DNA from: Escherichia coli | Lineage (GTDB): Bacteria; Pseudomonadota; Gammaproteobacteria; Enterobacterales; Enterobacteriaceae | Strand: one strand, 5' to 3' | DNA: 64,000 nt | Assembly (NCBI RefSeq): GCF_003334815.1 | Contig: NZ_QOWO01000004.1 | Shown: one piece after another, positions 1-7,781 of the stretch | Numbering within the stretch: position 1 is the stretch's first letter | Layout: every line of letters starts with the position of its first letter | Position numbers and translations under genes: made by a program | The notes under the pieces: model-generated | What the model saw: the letters and a program-made list of their open reading frames with translations, nothing else | What the model was told of the DNA's origin: nothing | Database searches by the model: none

Positions 1-1
1 C

Positions 2-2785
2 GTTCCGCGCCTGGCAATGTATGCCCATAAAGAAGATTGCGGCAGTCTGCTGGTACAAATTAACCATCCGCAAGTCATCCGCACCTTGCTACTGGTGGCT
101 GATAAAAACAAACCCAGCCTGCAACGTGTGGCTAAATACAGTAAAAACTTCCCCCACGCGACGCTCGCCGCACTGGCAGAACTGCTGGCGTTAAAAGAAC
201 CACCAGCCCGCCCAGGTTATCCAATCATCGAAGACAAAAAGCTGCCTGCACAGCAAAAAGCACGCGATGAATACTGGCGTACGCTGTTACAAACGCTGAT
301 GGCATCGCAGCCACAACTGGCAGCAGAAGTGATGCCGTGGTTAAGTACTCAAGCCAGGGCAGTGCTGAATAGTTATTTATCGGCACCGCCAAAACCGGTT
401 ATTGATAGCACCGATAACAGCAGTCTGCCTGAAATGCTCGTTTCACCACCGTGGCGTAGTAAGAAAAAAATGACAGCTCCACGTCTTGATTTGGCACCGC
501 TCGAATTAACTCCGCAAATTTACTGGCAACCAGGCGAACAAGAGAGGCTTGCCGCCACTGAGTCTGCCCGTTATTTCAGCACGGAATCTCTTGCGGAACG
601 CATGGAACAAAAAAGTGGACGAGTTGTATTACAGGAACTGGGTTTTGGGGATGATGTATGGCTGTTTCTGAATTATATACTCCCCGGAAAACTGGATGCT
701 GCACGCAATTCACTCATTGTTCAGTGGCATTACTACCAGGGGCGGGTTGAAGAGATCCTGAATGGCTGGAACTCCCCGCAAGCACAATTAGCAGAACAGG
801 CGCTCCGCAGCGGTCACATAGAAGCGTTAATTAACATATGGGAAAATGACAACTTCTCACGTTATCGTCCGGAAAAGAGTGTCTGGAACCTGTATTTATT
901 GGCACAGTTGCCGCGTGAGATGGCTTTGACCTTCTGGCTGCGTATCATTGAGAAAAAGCATCTGTTCGCGGGTGAGGACTATTTTCTCAGTATCCTCGGA
1001 TTGGATGCGCTACCAGGTCTGCTGTTGGCTTTTTCACATCGTCCAAAAGAAACATTTCCGTTAATTTTAAATTTTGGCGCAACAGAACTGGCGCTGCCTG
1101 TTGCCCGCGTCTGGCGACGTTTCGCGGCGCAGCGTGATCTGGCTCGCCAGTGGATTTTACAATGGCCGGAACATACGGCTAGTGCACTTATCCCTCTTGT
1201 CTTTACCAAACCCAGCGATAATAGCGAAGCCGCATTACTTGCCCTGCGTTTACTGTACGAACAGGGACATGGCGAATTGCTACAAACCGTGGCAAACCGC
1301 TGGCAGCGTACAGATGTATGGTCTGCCCTGGAGCAGTTGCTTAAACAGGGTCCAATGGACATTTACCCGGCACGCATTCCAAAAGCCCCTGATTTCTGGC
1401 ATCCGCAAATGTGGTCCAGGCCGCGCCTTATCACTAATAATCAACCTGTTACCGATGACGCTCTGGAAATTATCGGCGAAATGCTGCGCTTTACCCAGGG
1501 GGGACGTTTTTATAGCGGGCTGGAACAACTGAAAACGTTCTGCCAGCCACAAACGCTGGCAGCTTTTGCCTGGGATCTCTTCACTGCGTGGCAACAAGCT
1601 GGTGCCCCCGTAAAAGACAACTGGGCATTTCTGGCGTTAAGTCTCTTTGGTGACGAAAGCACGGCACGGGATCTAACGACACAGATCCTCGGCTGGCCAC
1701 AAGAAGGCAAATCTGCCCGTGCTGTCAGTGGCCTGAACATCCTTACCCTGATGAATAATGATATGGCGCTGATACAGCTGCATCATATATCGCAACGGGC
1801 GAAATCCCGCCCCTTACGTGATAACGCGGCGGAATTTCTTCAGGTGGTCGCAGAAAATCGCGGGCTAAGCCAGGAAGAGCTAGCGGACAGATTAGTCCCA
1901 ACCCTGGGCCTTGATGATCCGCAGGCGTTGAGTTTTGATTTTGGTCCCCGGCAGTTTACCGTTCGCTTCGATGAAAACCTCAACCCGGTTATCTTTGATC
2001 AGCAAAACGTTCGCCAGAAAAGCGTTCCCCGGTTGCGCGCCGATGACGATCAACTGAAAGCGCCCGAGGCACTGGCCCGACTAAAAGGGCTAAAAAAAGA
2101 TGCCACTCAGGTGAGCAAAAACCTGCTCCCGCGTCTTGAAACGGCCCTACGTACCACCCGACGCTGGTCGCTGGCAGATTTTCATTCTCTGTTTGTTAAT
2201 CATCCCTTTACCCGTCTGGTTACCCAGCGATTAATATGGGGGGCTTATCCGGCAAATGAACCGCGTTGTTTACTCAACGCCTTTCGTGTGGCCGCAGAGG
2301 GGGAGTTCTGCAATGCGCAAGATGAGCCAATTGACCTGCCTGCGGACGCTCTGATTGGCATTGCCCACCCGTTAGAAATGACAGTAGAAATGCGCAGTGA
2401 ATTTGCACAGCTTTTTGCCGATTACGAAATTATGCCGCCTTTTCGCCAGTTGGCGCGGTGCACGGTGCTGCTCACACCTGACGAGTCAACCAGTAACAGC
2501 CTGACTCGCTGGGAAGGTAAATCCGCTACCGTTGGGCAGCTTATGGGAATGCGATACAAAGGCTGGGAGTCAGGCTATGAGGATGCATTTGTCTATGACC
2601 TGGGCGAGTACCGGCTGGTCCTTAAGTTTTCACCCGGTTTTAACCACTACAATGTTGATAGCAAAGCGCTAATGAGCTTCCGTTCTCTTCGAGTGTACCG
2701 TGACAATAAATCCGTCACTTTTGCCGAACTTGATGTGTTTGATTTGAGTGAGGCGTTAAGCGCACCTGACGTCATTTTCCATTAA
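2..2785 (+). CDS. yehI: Large DUF4132-type protein YehI, C-terminal ~920 codons; 5' end lies outside the window
   Basis: ORF track 17..2785; frame is open back to position 2, so the gene is truncated by the window edge. Assignment by size and position upstream of yehK-yehL. Confidence 0.75.
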   Translation, partial: VPRLAMYAHKEDCGSLLVQINHPQVIRTLLLVADKNKPSLQRVAKYSKNFPHATLAALAELLALKEPPARPGYPIIEDKKLPAQQKARDEYWRTLLQTLMASQPQLAAEVMPWLSTQARAVLNSYLSAPPKPVIDSTDNSSLPEMLVSPPWRSKKKMTAPRLDLAPLELTPQIYWQPGEQERLAATESARYFSTESLAERMEQKSGRVVLQELGFGDDVWLFLNYILPGKLDAARNSLIVQWHYYQGRVEEILNGWNSPQAQLAEQALRSGHIEALINIWENDNFSRYRPEKSVWNLYLLAQLPREMALTFWLRIIEKKHLFAGEDYFLSILGLDALPGLLLAFSHRPKETFPLILNFGATELALPVARVWRRFAAQRDLARQWILQWPEHTASALIPLVFTKPSDNSEAALLALRLLYEQGHGELLQTVANRWQRTDVWSALEQLLKQGPMDIYPARIPKAPDFWHPQMWSRPRLITNNQPVTDDALEIIGEMLRFTQGGRFYSGLEQLKTFCQPQTLAAFAWDLFTAWQQAGAPVKDNWAFLALSLFGDESTARDLTTQILGWPQEGKSARAVSGLNILTLMNNDMALIQLHHISQRAKSRPLRDNAAEFLQVVAENRGLSQEELADRLVPTLGLDDPQALSFDFGPRQFTVRFDENLNPVIFDQQNVRQKSVPRLRADDDQLKAPEALARLKGLKKDATQVSKNLLPRLETALRTTRRWSLADFHSLFVNHPFTRLVTQRLIWGAYPANEPRCLLNAFRVAAEGEFCNAQDEPIDLPADALIGIAHPLEMTVEMRSEFAQLFADYEIMPPFRQLARCTVLLTPDESTSNSLTRWEGKSATVGQLMGMRYKGWESGYEDAFVYDLGEYRLVLKFSPGFNHYNVDSKALMSFRSLRVYRDNKSVTFAELDVFDLSEALSAPDVIFH

Positions 2786-2845
2786 AACACAGCGGGCAGT
2801 GATGCGACTGCCCGTTATCTACACGACTTACCAGCGGGGAAAGCG

Positions 2846-3163
2846 ATGATCGTGCAAAAAGAGCTAGTTGCTATTTACGATTATGAGGTCCCTGTACCTG
2901 AAGATCCGTTTTCCTTCAGACTTGAGATCCATAAATGCTCTGAATTATTTACAGGTTCCGTCTATCGACTGGAGCGATTCCGGCTACATCCAACATTTCA
3001 TCAACGTGATCGAGAAGATGCTGACCCGCTAATAAATGATGCGTTGATTTATATAAGAGATGAGTGTATTGATGAGCGGAAATTACGAGGTGAATCACCT
3101 GAAACTGTAATAGCAATTTTTAATCGTGAACTACAGAATATATTCAACCAAGAAATAGAATAA
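2846..3163 (+). CDS. yehK: Small acidic protein of unknown function (105 aa)
   Basis: ORF track 2846..3163; ATG preceded by GGGGAAAG; position between yehI and yehL. Confidence 0.7.
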   Translation: MIVQKELVAIYDYEVPVPEDPFSFRLEIHKCSELFTGSVYRLERFRLHPTFHQRDREDADPLINDALIYIRDECIDERKLRGESPETVIAIFNRELQNIFNQEIE

Positions 3164-3229
3164 TATACTCTAGATAATTAAAGTCGCAGCACATGCAACT
3201 TGAAGTATGACGAGTATAGCTTTCTTAAA

Positions 3230-3249
3230 GGGGGAAACGGTATTCCCCC
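3230..3249 (-). terminator. Hairpin downstream of toxin gene 1 (GGGGGAA / TTCCCCC stem); weak U-tract
   Basis: Inverted repeat read directly; on the minus strand only TTT follows the stem. Confidence 0.4.
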
Positions 3250-3272
3250 TTAGATGCGTTTCAATTTGCCCG

Positions 3273-3362
3273 TTACTTCAACAAATCAATCAACCGTAAC
3301 AGAGCCACTAATAACTCCAGTACGGCAATGAGCACGGTTAACTTTTGTGTCAGCGTGTCCAT
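3273..3362 (-). CDS. zorO: Type I toxin, 29-aa hydrophobic peptide MDTLTQKLTVLIAVLELLVALLRLIDLLK (ZorO-like)
   Basis: Minus-strand ATG at 3362 with AAGGAG 5 nt upstream, TAA at 3275..3273; one predicted transmembrane helix with charged ends. Not in the supplied ORF track (too short). Gene name from memory of the zor-orz family. Confidence 0.75.
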   Translation of the reverse strand: MDTLTQKLTVLIAVLELLVALLRLIDLLK

Positions 3363-3543
3363 CCGCTCTCCTTATTAAGGAGCGCAACACCAGCACCTTA
3401 CCCTTACACTGCCTGTTGATACTGGTTTACGTATGTTGGTACGAAACGTTGCTCTCCGGATCAGGGCACCGCCTGCGGCACCACCCGTCCGGCAGCCAGG
3501 ACTTAAAATTGGTCCGATCCGGCACAACCTCCCAACGGGCAGG

Positions 3544-3594
3544 ATTATAAATCTCACTCACTGAATTGCAATGGAGTGTGGATATGGTTATAAT
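3544..3594. promoter_or_regulatory. Back-to-back sigma70 promoters of unit 1
   Basis: Toxin promoter on minus strand: -10 TATAAT (complement of 3544..3549), 16-nt spacer, -35 TTGCAA 3566..3571. sRNA promoter on plus strand: same palindromic TTGCAA as -35, 17-nt spacer, -10 TATAAT 3589..3594. Confidence 0.55.
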
Positions 3595-3600
3595 TTATTC

Positions 3601-3681
3601 GTTGGTACGAAATGTTGCACAATCAGCAAGTTAGCGTCACTGTAGTAAATAAAAGAACCTGCCTCACCAGCAGGTTTTTTT
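3601..3681 (+). ncRNA. orzO: Antitoxin small RNA 1 (OrzO-like), ~80 nt
   Basis: Predicted start ~7 nt after the -10; 5' segment 3601..3620 GTTGGTACGAAATGTTGCAC is complementary to the toxin leader at 3435..3452; ends at an intrinsic terminator. Extent is predicted, not measured. Confidence 0.6.
3656..3681 (+). terminator. Intrinsic terminator of sRNA 1 (AACCTGC-CTCACCA-GCAGGTT followed by a T-run)
   Basis: 7-bp stem, 7-nt loop and a T7 run read directly. Confidence 0.7.
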
Positions 3682-3837
3682 ATTTACTGCGATCTACTTT
3701 CCAGATATTTTTTGCCAATAGCCCAACTTAAATATTCACATCCCGGTCAAATGGTGCGTTGAATATAAAATCGATGAATTTATAAATAAAAATGAGTTAT
3801 ATGATGAATTAATAAAAACAGTAATCATTTTATTAAA

Positions 3838-3857
3838 GGGGGAAGCGGTTTTCCCCC
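3838..3857 (-). terminator. Hairpin downstream of toxin gene 2
   Basis: GGGGGAA...TTCCCCC inverted repeat, as in unit 1. Confidence 0.4.
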
Positions 3858-3880
3858 TTAGATGCGTTTCAATTTGCCCG

Positions 3881-3970
3881 TTACTTCAACAAATCAATCA
3901 ACCGTAACAGAGCCACTAATAGCTCCAGTACAGCAATGAGCACGGTTAACTTTTGTGTCAGCGAGTCCAT
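3881..3970 (-). CDS. zorP: Type I toxin paralog, 29 aa MDSLTQKLTVLIAVLELLVALLRLIDLLK (ZorP-like)
   Basis: Same architecture as 3273..3362; one substitution (T3S); AAGGAG Shine-Dalgarno conserved. Confidence 0.75.
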   Translation of the reverse strand: MDSLTQKLTVLIAVLELLVALLRLIDLLK

Positions 3971-4151
3971 CCGCTCTCCTTATTAAGGAGCGCAACACCA
4001 GCACCTTACCCTTACACTGCCTGTCGATACTGGTTTACGTATGTTGGACCACGATGTTGCACTCCGGATCAGGGCACCACCTGCAGCACCCCCCGTCCGG
4101 TAGCCAGGACTTGAAATAGGTTCGATCCGGCGCAACGTCCCAACAGTCAGG

Positions 4152-4202
4152 ATTATAAATCTCATTATCTTAATTGCAACGGGGTCCAGCCGTGGTTATA
4201 AT
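4152..4202. promoter_or_regulatory. Back-to-back sigma70 promoters of unit 2
   Basis: Toxin -10 (complement of 4152..4157), shared -35 TTGCAA 4174..4179, sRNA -10 TATAAT 4197..4202; spacers 16 and 17 nt. Confidence 0.55.
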
Positions 4203-4208
4203 TCGTTC

Positions 4209-4291
4209 GTTGGAACACGATGTTGCACAGGCTGTGGTGTTAGGCCTGAAAATAGTAAATAAAAGAACCTGCCTCACCAGCAGGTTTTTTT
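4209..4291 (+). ncRNA. orzP: Antitoxin small RNA 2 (OrzP-like)
   Basis: 5' segment 4209..4228 GTTGGAACACGATGTTGCAC is complementary to the leader of toxin 2 at 4043..4062; intrinsic terminator at the 3' end. Confidence 0.6.
4266..4291 (+). terminator. Intrinsic terminator of sRNA 2
   Basis: Same AACCTGC...GCAGGTT stem and T-run as unit 1. Confidence 0.7.
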
Positions 4292-4402
4292 ATTTACTGC
4301 GATCTGCTTTCCAGATATTTTTTGCTCAAACAACTAATGCGCCAAACATTTATTGCGCGTAAAATATCGTTTATTTCATTAATACATTTCAGGGATGAAT
4401 AT

Positions 4403-5491
4403 ATGTCACCGCAGAATAATCATCTGCAGCGTCCGCCTGCTGCTGTGTTATACGCCGATGAACTGGCAAAATTAAAACAAAATGATAACGCTCCTTGCCC
4501 GCCCGGTTGGCAGTTAAGTTTGCCTGCGGCCCGTGCTTTTATCCTTGGCGATAGCGCGCAAAATATTAGCCGTAAAGTGGTGATTAGTCCCTCCGCTGTC
4601 GAACGTATGTTAGTCACTCTTGCCACCGGGCGCGGTTTGATGTTGGTGGGGGAACCTGGCACCGCAAAATCTCTCCTGTCTGAATTACTGGCAACCGCTA
4701 TTAGCGGCGATGCCGGGTTAACCATCCAGGGCGGCGCATCTACTACCGAAGATCAAATCAAGTACGGCTGGAACTACGCCCTGCTTATCAATCATGGTCC
4801 ATCAACGGAAGCGCTGGTCCCTGCCCCGCTTTACCAGGGAATGCGCGACGGCAAAATCGTCCGTTTTGAAGAGATAACGCGTACACCGCTGGAAGTGCAA
4901 GACTGTCTGTTAGGTATGCTTTCTGACAGGGTGATGACGGTGCCGGAACTCACTGGTGAAGCCAGTCAGCTCTATGCGCGAGAAGGCTTTAATATTATTG
5001 CCACTGCCAATACCCGCGATCGCGGCGTCAATGAAATGAGTGCTGCGCTAAAGCGTCGCTTCGATTTTGAAACTGTCTTTCCGATTATGGATTTCGCCCA
5101 GGAGCTGGAGCTTGTCGCCAGTGCTTCGGCGCGTTTGCTGGCCCATAGCGGTATTCCGCATAAAGTGCCTGACGCGGTACTGGAGTTACTGGTCCGCACC
5201 TTCCGCGATCTGCGTGCCAACGGCGAAAAGAAAACGTCAATGGATACACTAACAGCGATTATGTCCACCGCTGAAGCCGTGAACGTGGCCCACGCCGTAG
5301 GCGTCCGCGCCTGGTTTTTAGCGAATCGCGCAGGTGAGCCAGCCGACCTGGTGGACTGCATTGCCGGAACCATCGTCAAAGATAACGAAGAAGATCGCGC
5401 TCGTCTGCGCCGTTACTTCGAACAACGAGTCGCCACACATAAAGAAGCTCACTGGCAGGCTTATTATCAAGCCCGCCACCGCCTGCCGTGA
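4403..5491 (+). CDS. yehL: MoxR/RavA-like AAA+ ATPase (362 aa)
   Basis: ORF track 4322..5491 trimmed to ATG 4403; Walker A GEPGTAKS in the translation. Confidence 0.8.
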   Translation: MSPQNNHLQRPPAAVLYADELAKLKQNDNAPCPPGWQLSLPAARAFILGDSAQNISRKVVISPSAVERMLVTLATGRGLMLVGEPGTAKSLLSELLATAISGDAGLTIQGGASTTEDQIKYGWNYALLINHGPSTEALVPAPLYQGMRDGKIVRFEEITRTPLEVQDCLLGMLSDRVMTVPELTGEASQLYAREGFNIIATANTRDRGVNEMSAALKRRFDFETVFPIMDFAQELELVASASARLLAHSGIPHKVPDAVLELLVRTFRDLRANGEKKTSMDTLTAIMSTAEAVNVAHAVGVRAWFLANRAGEPADLVDCIAGTIVKDNEEDRARLRRYFEQRVATHKEAHWQAYYQARHRLP

Positions 5492-5501
5492 GGAAAGATG
5501 C

Positions 5502-7781
5502 ATGAGCGAGCCGTTAATTGTCGGCATCCGGCATCATAGTCCGGCCTGCGCCCGGCTGGTGAAATCGTTAATCGAAAGCCAGCGGCCACGATACGTATTG
5601 ATTGAAGGCCCGGCTGATTTTAATGACCGGGTAGACGAACTGTTTTTAGCCCACCAGCTTCCGGTAGCTATTTACAGTTATTGCCAGTATCAGGACGGTG
5701 CAGCCCCCGGGCGTGGTGCCTGGACGCCATTTGCTGAATTTTCGCCGGAGTGGCAGGCGCTACAAGCCGCACGTCGTATTCAGGCACAAACTTACTTCAT
5801 CGATTTGCCTTGCTGGGCGCAGAGTGAAGAAGTGGACGATTCGCCTGATACGCAAGAGGAAAGCCAGGCCTTGCTGCTGCGTGCCACCCGCATGGATAAC
5901 AGCGACACCCTGTGGGATCACTTGTTCGAAGATGAAAGCCAGCAAACTGCATTACCCTCTGCACTGGCGCACTATTTTGCCCAACTGCGGGGCGACTCCC
6001 CCGGAGATGCTCTCAATCGTCTGCGCGAAGCCTTTATGGCCCGCTGGATTGGATGGGCGATGCAGCAAAATAATGGCGACGTGTTAGTTGTCTGCGGTGG
6101 CTGGCACGCTCCGGTACTGGCAAAAATGTGGCGCGAATGCCCGCAGGAAATTAACACGCCAGAATTGCCGTCGCTGGCAGATGCCGTTACAGGTTGTTAT
6201 CTCACCCCCTACAGTGAAAAGCGCCTTGATGTGCTGGCAGGATACCTTTCCGGAATGCCTGCCCCGGTCTGGCAAAACTGGTGCTGGCAGTGGGGCTTAC
6301 AGCAGGCGGGAGAACAACTGCTAAAAACGGTTCTCACCCGTTTGCGCCAGCACAAGTTGCCTGCTTCGACCGCGGATATGGCTGCCGCACATCTGCATGC
6401 AATGGCACTGGCACAGTTGCGCGGTCATACACTACCGTTACGCACTGACTGGCTGGATGCCATAGCAGGATCGCTGATTAAAGAAGCCCTGAATGCGCCG
6501 TTGCCGTGGAGCTATCGCGGCGTTATTCATCCCGACACCGATCCGATTCTGCTAACGTTGATAGACACATTAGCGGGTGACGGATTCGGTAAACTTGCCC
6601 CTTCTACGCCACAACCTCCTCTGCCAAAAGATGTCACCTGCGAACTGGAACGTACCGCAATCTCCCTTCCGGCGGAGCTTACCTTAAATCGCTTTAACCC
6701 CAATGGACTAGCGCAAAGTCAGGTGTTACATCGGCTGGCAATACTGGAGATCCCAGGGATTGTGCGCCAGCAGGGAAGCACACTGACACTTGCAGGCAAC
6801 GGTGAAGAACACTGGAAATTAACCCGCCCGCTTAGCCAGCATGCGGCATTGATTGAGGCCGCCTGCTTTGGTGCCACACTCCAGGAAGCCGCACGCCATA
6901 AATTAGAAGCCGATATGCTGGACGCGGGTGGAATCGGCAGTATCACCACATGTCTTAGCCAGGCGGCGTTAGCGGGTCTGGCGTCCTTCAGTCAACAATT
7001 ACTGGAGCAACTCACATTATTAATCGCCCAGGAAAATCAATTTGCCGAAATGGGCCTGGCGCTGGAAGTGCTTTACGCCTTATGGCGGCTGGATGAAATT
7101 AGCGGTATGCAAGGCGCGCAGATATTACAAACGACGTTATGCGCGGCTACCGATCGCACGCTGTGGCTGTGTGAATCTAACGGCAGACCGGATGAAAAGG
7201 AGTTTCACGCTCACCTGCATAACTGGCAGGCGCTTTGCCATATCCTGCGCGATCTACATAACGGCGTTAATTTACCCGGCGTTTCTCTTTCTGCGGCGGT
7301 AGCCTTACTGGAGCGACGCAGTCAGGCGATTCATGCCCCGGCGCTGGATCGCGGCGCGGCTCTTGGCGCACTAATGCGTCTGGAACATCCCAACGCCAGT
7401 GCCGAAGCGGCGCTGATGATGCTGGCGCAGTTATCCCCGGCACAATCCGGCGAGGCGCTGCACGGTTTGCTGGCATTAGCCCGTCATCAACTGGCCTGTC
7501 AGCCGGCATTTATCGCCGGTTTCAGCAGTCATTTAAATCAACTAAGTGATGCCGATTTTACCAATGCCCTGCCCGATTTACGCGCGGCGATGGCCTGGCT
7601 ACCGCCACGAGAACGCGGGATGCTGGCGCATCAGGTGCTTGAGCATTATCAACTGGCGCAACTTCCCGTTTCGGCACTGCAAATGCCGTTGCATTGTCCT
7701 CCGCAAGCCATTGCACATCATCAACAACTCGAACAGCAGGCACTGGCATCGCTGCAAAACTGGGGAGTTTTCCATGTCTGA
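5502..7781 (+). CDS. yehM: Large protein of unknown function (759 aa), partner of yehL/yehP
   Basis: ORF track 5334..7781 trimmed to ATG 5502 (starts MSEPLIVGIRHH); no motif I recognise. Confidence 0.75.
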   Translation: MSEPLIVGIRHHSPACARLVKSLIESQRPRYVLIEGPADFNDRVDELFLAHQLPVAIYSYCQYQDGAAPGRGAWTPFAEFSPEWQALQAARRIQAQTYFIDLPCWAQSEEVDDSPDTQEESQALLLRATRMDNSDTLWDHLFEDESQQTALPSALAHYFAQLRGDSPGDALNRLREAFMARWIGWAMQQNNGDVLVVCGGWHAPVLAKMWRECPQEINTPELPSLADAVTGCYLTPYSEKRLDVLAGYLSGMPAPVWQNWCWQWGLQQAGEQLLKTVLTRLRQHKLPASTADMAAAHLHAMALAQLRGHTLPLRTDWLDAIAGSLIKEALNAPLPWSYRGVIHPDTDPILLTLIDTLAGDGFGKLAPSTPQPPLPKDVTCELERTAISLPAELTLNRFNPNGLAQSQVLHRLAILEIPGIVRQQGSTLTLAGNGEEHWKLTRPLSQHAALIEAACFGATLQEAARHKLEADMLDAGGIGSITTCLSQAALAGLASFSQQLLEQLTLLIAQENQFAEMGLALEVLYALWRLDEISGMQGAQILQTTLCAATDRTLWLCESNGRPDEKEFHAHLHNWQALCHILRDLHNGVNLPGVSLSAAVALLERRSQAIHAPALDRGAALGALMRLEHPNASAEAALMMLAQLSPAQSGEALHGLLALARHQLACQPAFIAGFSSHLNQLSDADFTNALPDLRAAMAWLPPRERGMLAHQVLEHYQLAQLPVSALQMPLHCPPQAIAHHQQLEQQALASLQNWGVFHV

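Larger units (their letters stand above)
3228..3715. repeat. Toxin-antitoxin repeat unit 1 (~490 bp); direct repeat of unit 2
   Basis: Alignable by eye with 3836..4325 from the GGGGGAA...TTCCCCC hairpin through the shared CCAGATATTTTTTGC end; most positions identical. Confidence 0.85.
3836..4325. repeat. Toxin-antitoxin repeat unit 2; direct repeat of unit 1
   Basis: See unit 1; separated from it by an AT-rich ~120-bp spacer (3716..3835). Confidence 0.85.

Noticed and set aside
1074-1740. Several 76-152-aa ORFs on both strands inside yehI
   Set aside because: All nested within the long yehI frame; alternative frames with no independent signals.
3347-3550. 67-aa plus-strand ORF overlapping the toxin start and leader (and the similar 4174..4362 ORF)
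   Set aside because: Antisense to the toxin leader with no translation signals; the plus-strand RNA product here is better explained by the divergent small RNA further downstream.
3375-3557. 60-aa minus-strand ORF from the track (copy at 3983..4165)
   Set aside because: Lies entirely within the predicted toxin 5' leader; Arg/Cys/Gly-rich, no ribosome-binding site; duplicated only because the repeat is duplicated. The real coding capacity is the 29-codon toxin ORF downstream.
3228-4325. Possible CRISPR array, suggested by the direct repeats
   Set aside because: Only two copies of a ~490-bp unit, each with a promoter, ORF and terminator; no short repeat-spacer periodicity and no cas genes.
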